From positions 30,246-94,245 of the forward strand of contig CATKXS010000002.1 of NCBI GenBank assembly GCA_949841045.1: a DNA stretch of 64,000 nt, read 5' to 3'. Made by a program: the position numbers and the translations under genes. Positions 18,104-28,071 of this stretch are shown piece after piece; positions within the stretch are counted from its first letter, which is position 1; every line of letters starts with the position of its first letter. A model generated the notes under the pieces. That model was not told where the DNA came from and ran no database searches. It saw only the letters and a program-made list of their open reading frames with translations. Source of the DNA: an uncultured Clostridia bacterium. GTDB lineage: Bacteria; Bacillota; Clostridia; Christensenellales; UBA1242.

Positions 18104-18295
18104 TTATTTATTTTCTTCTTTTTTCTCAATTATGGTTTCACCCTTATAAGTACCACACTTCTTGCAAACTGTATGAGGTTTTTTCATCTCATGACATTTT
18201 GGACATTCTACAAGTGTTGGAGCAACAGCCATTGAATTAGCTGAGTGTCTTGAATTTCTTCTAGTTTTTGAAACCTTATGTTTTGGAACTGCCAT
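18104..18295 (-). CDS. rpmF: 50S ribosomal protein L32
   Basis: MAVPKHKVSKTRRNSRHSAN... with CPKC...CKKC zinc-ribbon cysteines. 63 aa. Confidence 0.95.
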   Translation of the reverse strand: MAVPKHKVSKTRRNSRHSANSMAVAPTLVECPKCHEMKKPHTVCKKCGTYKGETIIEKKEENK

Positions 18296-18328
18296 CTTTT
18301 CCTCCTTAAATATTCATCATGCTTTTGC

Positions 18329-18357
18329 ATTATATCAAATAAATCAATTTTTGTCAA
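18329..18357 (-). promoter_or_regulatory. sigma-A type promoter of rpmF (TTGACA-17-TATAAT)
   Basis: On the minus strand, TTGACA (rc of 18352-18357), a 17-nt spacer, then TATAAT (rc of 18329-18334). Confidence 0.7.
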
Positions 18358-18453
18358 GCCATTTTATAACATTTGTTAAGTAATTTTTCTTCCCCTATTT
18401 AACAATTTTAACTCAAAGAGATACTGTTAACTAAGGCTTACCAAATTTATATT

Positions 18454-19650
18454 TTACTTTACAAGCGCCATTGTATCTCTGGCAATAAGCTTTTCTTCAT
18501 CGGTTGGAATTCTGAATACTCTAATCTTTGAATTCTTCGTGCTTATTTCTTCAGTTGTTCCGCGAGGAAGATTGTTGTTCTTCTCTTTATCTATCTCTAT
18601 ACCACAGTATTCCATTCCTTCAAGAGCTTCCTCTCTTAAGTCTTCTTGATTTTCTCCTATACCGCCAGTAAATACGATTGCATCAGCTCCGCCAAGAACA
18701 GCGAGATAAGAACCAATATATTTTTTAACCTTGTAAATTAGCATATCAAGCGCAAGTCTTGCTCTAGCATTACCCTCTTTAATTGCACTATTTATTTCAC
18801 GCATATCACTTGAAACACCACTTACACCAAGAATTCCGCATTCTTTGTTGAGATAATTTACAACTTGAGTTGCACTCATGCCCTTCTTTTCAGCTAGATA
18901 ACTTACCACGCTTGGGTCAAGGTCACCACTTCTAGTCCCCATTACAAGACCTTCAAGCGGAGTTAAGCCCATTGTAGTATCAACACTTTTGCCATGTTCA
19001 ACAGCTGTGATTGAAGAGCCATTTCCGATATGAACAGTTATAACCTTAATATCTTCAGGCTTCTTACCTAATAGTGACGCTACCTCACCTGTTACATATC
19101 TATGACTTGTTCCGTGAAATCCATATCTTCTAACATGATATTTTTCATAATCTTCATACTTAATACCATACATATAAGCTTTTGCAGGCATTGAAGCATG
19201 GAATGAAGTGTCAAAAACAGCAACTTGTGGAGTATTTTTCATAACATTTAAACATCCTTTAACTCCTGCCATATTTGCTTTTGCATGAAGTGGTGAAAGG
19301 TCTGTAAGTTTTTCTAAATCACTAAGCGCCTTTTCATCAATTAAGCAACTCTTATCAAAGAGCCAACCGCCTTGAACAAATCTATGACCTACAGCAGAAA
19401 TCTCATCTACCGATTTGATAACGCCCTCATTTTTATCTGTTAAAACTTCAAAAACTTTGGCTATCGCAACTGTATGGTTTGGAAGACTAACTTTAACTTC
19501 CTTTTTGTCACCAGTTGTTTTATAACCTATAAAAGAACCGTCAAGTCCTATCTTTTCACAATTTCCTTTAGCGATAACGCTTTCATTGGTCATATCAAAA
19601 AGTTGAAATTTTAATGACGAGCTACCTGCATTTATAACTAAAATTTTCAT
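18454..19650 (-). CDS. ackA: acetate kinase
   Basis: MKILVINAGSSSLKFQLF..., FHGTSH and VHIGNGSS motifs. 398 aa, immediately downstream of pta. Confidence 0.95.
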   Translation of the reverse strand: MKILVINAGSSSLKFQLFDMTNESVIAKGNCEKIGLDGSFIGYKTTGDKKEVKVSLPNHTVAIAKVFEVLTDKNEGVIKSVDEISAVGHRFVQGGWLFDKSCLIDEKALSDLEKLTDLSPLHAKANMAGVKGCLNVMKNTPQVAVFDTSFHASMPAKAYMYGIKYEDYEKYHVRRYGFHGTSHRYVTGEVASLLGKKPEDIKVITVHIGNGSSITAVEHGKSVDTTMGLTPLEGLVMGTRSGDLDPSVVSYLAEKKGMSATQVVNYLNKECGILGVSGVSSDMREINSAIKEGNARARLALDMLIYKVKKYIGSYLAVLGGADAIVFTGGIGENQEDLREEALEGMEYCGIEIDKEKNNNLPRGTTEEISTKNSKIRVFRIPTDEEKLIARDTMALVK

Positions 19651-20634
19651 TTATTTTTCCTCCTTCTTTGCTTGCAATGCTGTGATTGCAGTAAGCATAA
19701 CAATATCTTCTACTGAGCAACCTCTTGAAAGGTCATTTACAGGCTTTTTAAGACCTTGTAAGATAGGACCAATAGCGTTTACACCGCCAAGAGATTGCAT
19801 TGCTTTATCACATATATTTCCACTGTTCAAATCAGGGAAAATCAGTATGTTTGCGTCTCCTTTAAGCGGACTATCAGGACACTTTTGCTTTGCAACTTTT
19901 TCTACCATTGCAGAATCAAACTGAAGTTCGCCGTCACATGGAATGCCTGTCTTTTTAAACTTTTCATAAGCTTTTCTGATAGGCAACAAGCTTTCGTCTT
20001 CTGCCGAGCCTTTGCTTGAGAAAGATAAAAATGCAACTTTTGGGTCATCAAGCCCGAGACATCTATAAGTCTCAACACTTTGGCAAGCAATCTCATAAAG
20101 TTCGTTCTCATCTGGGTGTTTTATCACACCGCAATCAGATAAGATAAGGCATTTATCACCCAAGAATTTATTGTCGCCAAACATAACAAAACATGATGAT
20201 ACCATACCGCCCTTTTTCTTCGCTTTAATAACTTGAAGTGCTGGACGTACAGTGTTCGCAGTTGAAGCCTCTGCACCTGCAATCATTCCGTCCGCATAAC
20301 CAAGCTCAACCAAAAGTGTTGCGAAGTAATATGGGTCTTTTGCCAGCTTGTTAGCTTCTTCTTCAGTCATGCCTTTTTCTTTACGTTTATTATAAAGGCA
20401 TTTCGCTAGTTCATCTATACCTTGAAAGGTATTAGGATTTATAATTTGAAATTTTGATAAATTTTTATCTCTTAAAACAAGCGCACTTTCGTCTCCAATT
20501 AAGACAGGTTTTGCGATACCTTTTTTCTGAATATATTTGACAGCCTCTATAGTTCTATCACTAAATCCTGCTTCAGGAAAGACGATAGTTTTTTGAAGCT
20601 GTTTTGCTCTCTTATAAATATCTTTAATTTTCAT
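19651..20634 (-). CDS. pta: phosphate acetyltransferase
   Basis: Short-form Pta (~327 aa) with TIVFPEA...R...A, DGELQFD and DLSRGCS, adjacent to ackA. Start chosen at the second ATG (20634), 6 nt after GAAGG. Confidence 0.88.
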   Translation of the reverse strand: MKIKDIYKRAKQLQKTIVFPEAGFSDRTIEAVKYIQKKGIAKPVLIGDESALVLRDKNLSKFQIINPNTFQGIDELAKCLYNKRKEKGMTEEEANKLAKDPYYFATLLVELGYADGMIAGAEASTANTVRPALQVIKAKKKGGMVSSCFVMFGDNKFLGDKCLILSDCGVIKHPDENELYEIACQSVETYRCLGLDDPKVAFLSFSSKGSAEDESLLPIRKAYEKFKKTGIPCDGELQFDSAMVEKVAKQKCPDSPLKGDANILIFPDLNSGNICDKAMQSLGGVNAIGPILQGLKKPVNDLSRGCSVEDIVMLTAITALQAKKEEK

Positions 20635-20767
20635 AAACATCCTTCTAAACTTTGCAATATTTGAATATTTTTAGTAGTACAAGCCTACATAGCAAAAAAT
20701 ATGGAACTAAAATTCCATATTTAGTATATCAGTCATTTTTTTATTTGTCAAACTTTTGGAGAATAAA

Positions 20768-21688
20768 ATGAAAAAAACAAACATAATTTTATCCATTTTC
20801 GTCTTTTATATCATTTTAAATATGATAATTTTCCCATCATTATATATAAGCGTAACACTGAATGGCATTTCAGCTTGGGCTTTTAATGTCTTGCCAAGCG
20901 TTCTACCTTTTATGTTCTTTGTCAAAATTCTCACAAGCCTTGGAAGTCTTAATAAAATTTCTCGCGTTTTTGAAAAACCTTGCAAACTCTTTTTCAAAAC
21001 TCCCGCATCCTCTTCTCTCGTCTTTTTTACCAGTATCGTATCCGGCTATCCGGTCGGCGCAAAGATGACAGCAGATTTATATGAAAGCGGAAAAATTTCT
21101 AGAAGTGAAGCTTATAAAATGTGCAGTTTTTGCTCAACTTCTGGCCCTATGTTTATAATTGGTGCTGTCGGCGCATCAATGCTAGGCAATAGTTTATATG
21201 GCTATTTAATTTTCATAGCTCATATTCTAGGTGCTTTATTAAATGGCGCGCTATGGAGAAATCTCAAAATTAAAAATGACGACAAAATTGAGGAAACAGA
21301 AAAAAGCGCCAAATCAAACGATTTATCTAGCATTGTGCTTGACTCAGCCCTCAGCATAATCTCTGTTGGAGCGATTATAGCAATTTTCTTTGTTGTCATC
21401 ACCTCGCTTTCTCCTTTTTTCAATCTATTCCCACCTCAAATTGCTGGCGTTCTTGAAGGCCTTGTTGAAATAACCAAAGGTTGCGCCAGCATCTCAACCT
21501 CACTTGTTGGGAAATGGGCAATTTGCGCCTCAGCTTTTATAATAAGTTTTGGCGGACTTTCAACAATACTTCAATCTTTAACAATGCTTTCAAGACTAAA
21601 AATGCCCGTTTGGTTATTCTGCTTACAAAAGTTCACACATGCCTGCCTTGCTCTTCTTATCTCTCTTATATTAATTTTGCTCATTTAA
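20768..21688 (+). CDS. ylbJ: sporulation integral membrane protein YlbJ-like (nucleoside-recognition Gate domain)
   Basis: NGISAWAFNVLPSVLPFMFF...SGYPVGAKMTADLYESGKISRSEAYKMCSFCSTSGPMFIIGAVG matches the YlbJ family pattern closely. Start at ATG 20768 after GGAG; the track start at 20756 is a TTG. Confidence 0.7.
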   Translation: MKKTNIILSIFVFYIILNMIIFPSLYISVTLNGISAWAFNVLPSVLPFMFFVKILTSLGSLNKISRVFEKPCKLFFKTPASSSLVFFTSIVSGYPVGAKMTADLYESGKISRSEAYKMCSFCSTSGPMFIIGAVGASMLGNSLYGYLIFIAHILGALLNGALWRNLKIKNDDKIEETEKSAKSNDLSSIVLDSALSIISVGAIIAIFFVVITSLSPFFNLFPPQIAGVLEGLVEITKGCASISTSLVGKWAICASAFIISFGGLSTILQSLTMLSRLKMPVWLFCLQKFTHACLALLISLILILLI

Positions 21689-21711
21689 AACAAAAAACCT
21701 CAATATGAGGT

Positions 21712-22434
21712 TTAATTGAAAATATCATAAATTTCTTTAATTAAGAATTTTACTTGTTTTGCCTTGCAAGACTTTAAGGCAAATGTCAATGAAATCATAA
21801 CATCGTCATCATGCATATTAGTTGTTTTGACAATTGCTCTGCAAATTTGTGAAGCTCTGTCATTTGACATATCTTCTCTTCCATACTCAAGTTGAGTTAA
21901 AATTTGAACTGCAATCTTTTGAGCTCTTTCAAATCTGTCGCCATCTTCTTCCATTTCTTCTATTTCTTCATCTTCTTCTTGTTCATAGCTCTCTGAAGTG
22001 TTATGTAATTCATGTTTACTCTCCTCTTTTTCGCCAAAAGCATCAACAATAAGATTTTTAAAAGGCAAAATCATTGATGAAACAAAGTTTTGGTAAGGAT
22101 TTTCACTATTACTAAAAAATCTCTTAACAAAGTCAGTAAAATCAATTTTTTTGCTGTCAATGTCCACCAAAGTACAGAATACAAGAGCCAAAATCTTATA
22201 CTCTTCATCTGGCAAAATAAACATGAAATCACCATTTCCATCTTGAACAAATGATTTCGAGAACTCTCTATCTCTATTAAACTGCTCAAGACATTCTCCT
22301 ATCAAAGAGCAAATATCCTGTGCATTAGCAAGTTCTTGAAGCATTTTTTGTAATTTATACTCAGCAACAAGAAATTTGCAGTTTATAAGTTCATCACATG
22401 ATTTTAAAAATTTTTCAACTTCTTTATTTTCCAT
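21712..22434 (-). CDS. hypothetical acidic protein (240 aa)
   Basis: ORF track. Central poly-acidic stretch (EQEEDEEIEEMEEDGD). No recognised motif. Confidence 0.55.
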   Translation of the reverse strand: MENKEVEKFLKSCDELINCKFLVAEYKLQKMLQELANAQDICSLIGECLEQFNRDREFSKSFVQDGNGDFMFILPDEEYKILALVFCTLVDIDSKKIDFTDFVKRFFSNSENPYQNFVSSMILPFKNLIVDAFGEKEESKHELHNTSESYEQEEDEEIEEMEEDGDRFERAQKIAVQILTQLEYGREDMSNDRASQICRAIVKTTNMHDDDVMISLTFALKSCKAKQVKFLIKEIYDIFN

Positions 22435-22524
22435 AAGAACCTCGCCTAACTATTATAGCACATATTTAGAAAAAAGCAAACAAAAGTCTTTCATTATTTT
22501 AAGAAATGTGCTATAATATGTGTT

Positions 22525-23082
22525 ATGAACAAAATTCCAAATGAAAAAGATAGAATAATTCAAGACAAACTTACAATGATTTTTGTTGTATACACTATGG
22601 GAATACCTCTTACAGAAGACTCAATACTTGACATTTGTTCTATAAAAAATGAATGGATTAAAAGTTATATGGACTGCAAAACTATCATACATGACCTTGT
22701 TGATAGTAAGCTTTTGTATAAAATAAGCGATGAAAAGGACAGCAAAGAGCTTTTTGCAGTCACCTATGAAGGTCGAGAATGCCTATCTCATCTTTATAAA
22801 AGATTATCCTTTGAAAAACGCGAAGAAATCTCTGCATACCTTGAAGCAAACAAACTCAATGTTAAATCAGCTCAGGAATATAGCTCAACATACAGAAAAA
22901 ATCCTGATGGTTCTTATAATGTTGAATTAAAAATCTATGAACCTCAGTCAACCTCTCCTATGTTTATATTGACTATTAAAGCTCCGACAAGACAAAGCGC
23001 AACAGAAGCGGTGCAAAAATGGAAAACAAGTGCACCTAGCATTTACGAACTTATTTACGAAAAGCTTATCAATGTTGATTAA
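22525..23082 (+). CDS. hypothetical protein (185 aa)
   Basis: ORF track. Its size and N-terminal helix pattern are reminiscent of small winged-helix proteins of Clostridia (DUF4364-like), but I cannot verify that. Confidence 0.5.
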   Translation: MNKIPNEKDRIIQDKLTMIFVVYTMGIPLTEDSILDICSIKNEWIKSYMDCKTIIHDLVDSKLLYKISDEKDSKELFAVTYEGRECLSHLYKRLSFEKREEISAYLEANKLNVKSAQEYSSTYRKNPDGSYNVELKIYEPQSTSPMFILTIKAPTRQSATEAVQKWKTSAPSIYELIYEKLINVD

Positions 23083-23214
23083 TTTTGATTAATTACACTC
23101 TTTCACAAAAGTTTATTCTTTTTAATTAACAACTTTGAAATTAAATAAAAACTACTCACTAAAGTTTAAGCGTTGTTTTTCTACTAAAATTAATTAAAAA
23201 AAGACTGATATTAT

Positions 23215-23655
23215 TCAGCCTTTTTTCATTTTGTCTATCTCTCCTCTTGCAAGTGCGTCACAGCGGTTATTATAAGCATTGTCAGCATGACCTTTAACTT
23301 TATGCCATACCACCTCATGGTTATCTAGTAAACTCAAAAGTTTTTGCCATAAATCTAAATTCATCACCATGCCTTTTGTAGTTCTAAAGCCGTTTAACTT
23401 CCATTTTGAAACCCAGTCTTGCAAAAAAGCGTTGACAACATAAGCCGAATCGCTATAAATGTCAACCTTACAAGGCTCTTTTATAGCCTCAAGTCCTCTT
23501 ATGACGGCCATAAGCTCCATACGATTGTTCGTTGTCTCCACTTCACCGCCTGAGAATTCTTTTTCATGATTTTTATAAATGAGTACCGCTCCCCAGCCTC
23601 CTGGTCCAGGATTACCCGAGCACGCCCCGTCTGTATATAATATAATCTCTTTCAC
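23215..23655 (-). CDS. rnhA: ribonuclease HI
   Basis: ILYTDGACSGNPGPGGWGAVL...TNNRMELMAVIRGLEA...IYSDSAYV...W.KVKGHA..AYNNRCDALA. 146 aa. Confidence 0.93.
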   Translation of the reverse strand: MKEIILYTDGACSGNPGPGGWGAVLIYKNHEKEFSGGEVETTNNRMELMAVIRGLEAIKEPCKVDIYSDSAYVVNAFLQDWVSKWKLNGFRTTKGMVMNLDLWQKLLSLLDNHEVVWHKVKGHADNAYNNRCDALARGEIDKMKKG

Positions 23656-23662
23656 GTTTCAC

Positions 23663-24067
23663 CTAATTCATTTTAAATTCTTTTAAGAGTTCTTCCATAG
23701 TCTTTTCACATTTGTTTAGTTTTGGAAAGACCTTCACTTTGTCACTTTCCGCTCTAGGCAAAATATGGAAATGAAGATGAAAAACACTTTGCTCCGCAGA
23801 CTCACCACTTGCATTTAAAATATTCACTCCGCTAAAGCCACACTTTTCAACCAAATGATTACTTACCCTTTTGATGGTCGCCATAACATGCGATAATGTC
23901 TCTTCATCACAGTCTAAAACATTTACAACATGCTTTTTTGGAATTACCAGAATGTGACCATTGCCATCATTTGAAATATCCAAAAATGAATAAGTATAAT
24001 CATCTTCATAAATTTTATATGAAGGGATTTCGCCTTTAATAATTTTACAAAAGATACAATCTTGCAT
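23663..24067 (-). CDS. HIT family protein (histidine triad nucleotide hydrolase)
   Basis: CIFCKIIKGEIPS... and the HLHFHILPR histidine triad. Start chosen at 24067 after GGAGGAG; the track start at 24121 adds 18 implausible codons. Confidence 0.88.
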   Translation of the reverse strand: MQDCIFCKIIKGEIPSYKIYEDDYTYSFLDISNDGNGHILVIPKKHVVNVLDCDEETLSHVMATIKRVSNHLVEKCGFSGVNILNASGESAEQSVFHLHFHILPRAESDKVKVFPKLNKCEKTMEELLKEFKMN

Positions 24068-24185
24068 TTCTCCTCCACTGCATTGTAAGTTTATTGTACT
24101 ACAAAAAGAAAAATAAAACAAATATTTTTATAAAGTTTGTATAATAACTTATTCTTTGCACACAATAATAATGGAGGTTATACAA

Positions 24186-24353
24186 ATGAGTAAACAATAC
24201 AAACCTGGTGAGCAAGCACCTAAAAATTGCAATTGTTCTTGCTATGATAAAAACGGCAAGTGTGGTGGAAACATAAAACTTAAAAAAGGTCAAAGATTTC
24301 CTGCTACACAACATAGCGGTAGCTATTACGAAATAAATGACGAAAGAGAATAA
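24186..24353 (+). CDS. YjzC-like small protein
   Basis: MSKQYKPGEQAPKN...KLKKGQRFPATQHSGSYYEI resembles the YjzC family pattern (..KPG.KAP..G.Y.......G..FP.T). The RBS GGAGG lies 7 nt upstream of ATG 24186. Confidence 0.55.
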   Translation: MSKQYKPGEQAPKNCNCSCYDKNGKCGGNIKLKKGQRFPATQHSGSYYEINDERE

Positions 24354-24364
24354 TTAATTGAATT

Positions 24365-24391
24365 AGAGCGCATAAGTTAGCGCTCTTTTTC
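24365..24391 (+). terminator. intrinsic terminator
   Basis: Stem AGAGCGC (24365-24371) pairs with GCGCTCT (24380-24386), followed by a T-run. Confidence 0.8.
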
Positions 24392-24420
24392 TTGACAAAT
24401 ATTTGAAATTATGTTATAAA
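24392..24420 (+). promoter_or_regulatory. sigma-A type promoter upstream of tRNA-Ser (TTGACA-17-TATAAA)
   Basis: TTGACA at 24392-24397, a 17-nt spacer, TATAAA at 24415-24420. The tRNA begins about 60 nt downstream. Confidence 0.55.
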
Positions 24421-24482
24421 ACTTATGAAGAAAAAATAAAATTTCTTTCAATAAAATTACATAGAATTGCTATAAAAAATAT

Positions 24483-24571
24483 GCAGAGGTGGTCGAGCGG
24501 TTTAAGGCGCACGCTTGGAAAGCGTGTGAGGTTAATAGCCTCCGCAGGTTCAAATCCTGTCCTCTGCGCCA
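24483..24571 (+). tRNA. tRNA-Ser (anticodon GGA), CCA encoded
   Basis: Acceptor GCAGAGG / CCTCTGC, anticodon arm CACGC-TTGGAAA-GCGTG (anticodon GGA), long variable arm (GAGGTTAATAGCCTC), T arm GCAGG-TTCAAAT-CCTGT, discriminator G plus CCA. Confidence 0.92.
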
Positions 24572-24641
24572 ACTATATTGTAACAAAACTATTATTTTGA
24601 CAAAACTGTGGGATACCATATGTTTTATAAAGGATGAATAA

Positions 24642-25313
24642 ATGGAAAAAATATTTAAAAGTTCAAAAAGTGAAAAAAGAGCATTAAAATTATTAAACAA
24701 AGAGATAACAAACATTTTATCTATTGGAATAAGCACTGGAGGCTCTGCTGAAATAAATATTGCTCGCAAATGTCCAAAAGCCCAAATTATCGCAACGACT
24801 ATTGATGAAAAAGGTCTAAACTTTTCAAATGACAAATTAAAACAATATGAAGAGGCTAAAAGAATTACCACAAAAATTGAAGATGTTTCAAAGAAAATGC
24901 CGTATGACAATGATTCTTTTGATTTTATCTATGCTAGATTAGTGCTTCACTATCTAAATAAACAACAACTTGAAAATGCTCTAAGTGAAATATATAGGGT
25001 TTTAAAACCAAATGGCAGGTTTTTTATTGTGGCAAGAAACAAAAAAGAATGGGAGCTCACTAAGCCAGAATTTATTATTTCTTATGATGAAAAAACAAAT
25101 ATGACAACTTATTATGAGCAATGGAAAAAAGAGGTTATAAGGACACGACAATTTTTATCCAAAAAACAGTTGGAAGATATTTTAATTGAGAATGGTTTTA
25201 AAATTGAAAGAGTCAAAGAGTATAGAGAATATCTTTATACTGACTATGAACGCACAAACAAATACAAGTCAAGCAAGCCAAATTTCTTAACAGAAATAGT
25301 AGCTTCAAAATAA
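24642..25313 (+). CDS. class I SAM-dependent methyltransferase
   Basis: ILSIGISTGGSAEI (motif I-like), DFIYARLVLHYL and VLKPNGRFFIV (post-II/III motifs). 223 aa. Confidence 0.7.
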   Translation: MEKIFKSSKSEKRALKLLNKEITNILSIGISTGGSAEINIARKCPKAQIIATTIDEKGLNFSNDKLKQYEEAKRITTKIEDVSKKMPYDNDSFDFIYARLVLHYLNKQQLENALSEIYRVLKPNGRFFIVARNKKEWELTKPEFIISYDEKTNMTTYYEQWKKEVIRTRQFLSKKQLEDILIENGFKIERVKEYREYLYTDYERTNKYKSSKPNFLTEIVASK

Positions 25314-25472
25314 CTTTTGATTTCCGTTAAAGCAAAAATTTAACACGAAAGCAAAGCTTGATTTTATCTATTATTTTTAATTTTTTATTTTTATGTAAAA
25401 CACTACTATAAATTTATAAATTGAAACTGCACCAAATTGACACACAACTAATTTTTATATAAAGGAGACAAA

Positions 25473-26009
25473 ATGAAAAATTATTTTATAATCCATGGCA
25501 CTTATGGTCATAACAGAGAAAACTGGTTTTACTGGCTTGAGAATAAATTAAAGGATTAAGGAATGGTTTATAACTTTAACTACCCTACACCCGAAGGTCA
25601 ATCATTTGAAAGTTGGGGGGGGGTACTTAACCAAGTAAGAGACCAAATCACCGAAGAAAGTTGTTTTATTTGCCACTCTATTGGTTGCGTATTCTTAGCA
25701 AAATTTTGCATTGAAAACAATATAAAAATAGGAAAGTGTATTTTTGTAAGCGGTTGCAACAACTATTACTTTTTAGAGGACTTTGATAAAATCAATAAGT
25801 TCATGTACACAGACAAATTGAATGAATTCAAAAAATTATGCAAAGAAAGAATTTGCATCTATAGTAAAGATGACCCATATGTAAAATTGGACGCGCTTGA
25901 GTCATTTGCAAAGGAAATTGATGCTAAAACATTTGTCTACGAAAAGGCTGGACACTTTAACGAAAAGGCTGGTTATACAAAATTTGAGGACTTATTAAAT
26001 TTGATTTAA
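25473..26009 (+). pseudogene. YdeN/RBBP9-like serine hydrolase interrupted by an in-frame TAA (25557-25559)
   Basis: ATG 25473, preceded by AAGGAG, gives MKNYFIIHGTYGHNRENWFYWLENKLKD. A TAA follows, then the same frame continues G-MVYNFNYPTPEGQSFESWGGVL...CHSIGC...(track ORF 25563-26009). Together the two parts form one alpha/beta hydrolase of the IIHG...W..WL...L...P..P family. A G9 homopolymer lies at 25615-25623. Confidence 0.65.
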
Positions 26010-26127
26010 ATATTTTATTTTATACAATATCTTGTAATACGTATTATAAACATCCTACACCATATTGTATTAAATCCTTTTACAACAAAAAAAAAGAAAG
26101 AATTTATCTTTCTTTTTTTTATATTAC

Positions 26128-26355
26128 TTATCTAGCCCTAGCAAGAGCTGTTGTAAGGATAATTCCGCCGTCAATGCAAGCTGAAATTATAAGCCAAATT
26201 ACAGATAAAAGAACAAGCACATAGATTATTCTTTCAATAACCCTATTACCCATACAGATAAATGAAACAAGGTTAAACCAGAATAATCCCATAAGTCCCC
26301 AGTTTAATCCGCCAAATAAAAGTATTATAAGGGCAATATAATTTGCTATTATCAT
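26128..26355 (-). CDS. DUF378 family small membrane protein
   Basis: MIIANYIALIILLFGGLNWGLMGLFWFNLV matches the DUF378 pattern (GG.NWGL.G.F..NLV). Start at 26355 after GAGGAGG; the track ORF is over-extended. Confidence 0.7.
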   Translation of the reverse strand: MIIANYIALIILLFGGLNWGLMGLFWFNLVSFICMGNRVIERIIYVLVLLSVIWLIISACIDGGIILTTALARAR

Positions 26356-26462
26356 AATTACCTCCTCATTATTATTATCTTTATTTTTGAGGTAATTATA
26401 CATAAATTTAAACTTCAACGCGTTAGCGTTGAAGTTTAAACATTCCACTTATTTTAATAACT

Positions 26463-27539
26463 TTACTTATTAAAACTTTCGTCAATTGTTCCCCCTCCTA
26501 AACAAATGCCCTCTTCATCATAAAGCACAACAAATTGTCCTGGAGTAATTGCTCGTTGTCTTTCTTTAAAATCAACTTTAATCTTCTTATCGTCAAGCAC
26601 AGTTACATGAACTGCTTGGTCTGGTTGACGATACCTAAATTTTGCAAGACAGTCAAACTCTGTTTTCTCTGGCTTTTCTGGAATCCAATTAAAATCGCTA
26701 GCATAAAGACCATCGCTAAATAAAATATCTTCTTCGCCTTGCATCACATAAAGAATGTTATTTTCAAGGTCTTTTTTTACAACGAACCAACGCTCGCCAT
26801 TGCCACCCTTTTGGCCGCCTATCCCAAGTCCACGCCTTTGACCTAGCGTATAATACATAAGTCCATCATGTCTGCCAAGTTCATTTCCGTTAAGGTCTAA
26901 AATCTTACCACTCTTTGCTGGCAGATATTCTTTTAAAAACTTTTTGAAGTTACGTTCACCTATAAAGCAAATACCCGTGCTATCTTTTTTCTTCGCATTT
27001 GAAAGTTCAAGTTTGCTTGCAATTTGTCTTACCGTAGGTTTATCAATATTTTCAAGAGGAAAGGTCACCCAAGAAAGTTGTTCTTGACTTAACTGATTTA
27101 AAAAGTAAGACTGGTCTTTATTCAAATCGTCCGCTTTGGCAAGATAAAATTTCCCCTCTTTTTCAATTTTCTTTGCGTAATGCCCTGTCGCAATCATATC
27201 TGCGCCAAGTTTTTTTGCCTGCTCTAAGAATGGTCCAAACTTAACTTCTCGATTACATAAAACGTCAGGGTTTGGAGTACGACCACGTTTTAATTCCTCT
27301 AAGAAATATTCAAACACGCGGTCATAATATTCCTTTGAATAGTTGACAGAAAAGTAAGGTAAATTTAAAGAAGAGCAAACTCTCTTTACGTCTTCAAAAT
27401 CCTCTTCAGCCGTACAAGAGCCATCTTTTTCTTCCCAGTTAACCATAAATAGTCCAATCACGTCATGCCCCTGTTCTTTTAATAGATAAGCAGCAACTGA
27501 CGAGTCAACTCCACCACTAATTCCAACAACTACTCTCAT
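26463..27539 (-). CDS. mnmA: tRNA 2-thiouridine(34) synthase MnmA
   Basis: [22 protein letters not shown]-loop, [15 protein letters not shown] and DQSYFL motifs. 358 aa. Confidence 0.95.
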   Translation of the reverse strand: MRVVVGISGGVDSSVAAYLLKEQGHDVIGLFMVNWEEKDGSCTAEEDFEDVKRVCSSLNLPYFSVNYSKEYYDRVFEYFLEELKRGRTPNPDVLCNREVKFGPFLEQAKKLGADMIATGHYAKKIEKEGKFYLAKADDLNKDQSYFLNQLSQEQLSWVTFPLENIDKPTVRQIASKLELSNAKKKDSTGICFIGERNFKKFLKEYLPAKSGKILDLNGNELGRHDGLMYYTLGQRRGLGIGGQKGGNGERWFVVKKDLENNILYVMQGEEDILFSDGLYASDFNWIPEKPEKTEFDCLAKFRYRQPDQAVHVTVLDDKKIKVDFKERQRAITPGQFVVLYDEEGICLGGGTIDESFNK

Positions 27540-28027
27540 TTTTCCTCCACATTATCAATGTCGATTGCAACTGGAACTTTAAATTTTTTCATGCAAACAA
27601 GTACCAAATCCCAAATCCAAACAAACATTATTAGACCGCTTATCGTGGCAAGTGCTGCAATCAGTCTGCCTTCATCTATTGCAACAAGCGGTGCATTAAA
27701 AATCGAATAACAAATAAGAGCAATTGAGTTTAAAAGAAGTAGTCCTCCTCTCCAATATCTCCCAACATAAAAGCAGTGTCCACCAAATAGTCCTAGAAAA
27801 ATAGTCATAAGTAAAAGTTTAACAAACTTTATATCAGATGGAAGAGTAGACGTGTAGATTATATAATCTTTATCATGTCTCAAAATTTTCTTTTTTGCAT
27901 CTTTATTTGTAGCAATTTCCATACGTGAAAAAACAAGCCCGCAATCAGGGCAACTTTCTACCCCTATCAGGCTTCTTAATCCACATCTAGGACACTCAAT
28001 TGTGCTTTTTGCTCTTTTTAGCCTCAT
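27536..28027 (-). CDS. TM2 domain-containing membrane protein with an N-terminal zinc ribbon
   Basis: CPRCG...CPDCG, then [18 protein letters not shown] (TM2 motif). 4-nt overlap with mnmA. Confidence 0.7.
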   Translation of the reverse strand: MRLKRAKSTIECPRCGLRSLIGVESCPDCGLVFSRMEIATNKDAKKKILRHDKDYIIYTSTLPSDIKFVKLLLMTIFLGLFGGHCFYVGRYWRGGLLLLNSIALICYSIFNAPLVAIDEGRLIAALATISGLIMFVWIWDLVLVCMKKFKVPVAIDIDNVEEK

Positions 28028-28071
28028 ACAAGAATATTAACACTGACAGAAATTGAAGTCAAGCAAAATAT

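Noticed and set aside
23126-23150. A further copy of the cassette arm (AACTTTGAAATTAAATAAAAA)
   Set aside because: Only a 10-nt identity (AACTTTGAAA) in very AT-rich spacer, with flanking positions that do not match the arm. This is not distinguishable from chance.
25557-25559. TAA reassigned as a sense codon (alternative genetic code) to explain the in-frame stop in the hydrolase gene
   Set aside because: TAA terminates many well-defined genes in this window at the expected protein ends (for example rarA, the Rrf2 regulator, the nucleoside phosphorylase and MiaB). The standard code therefore applies.
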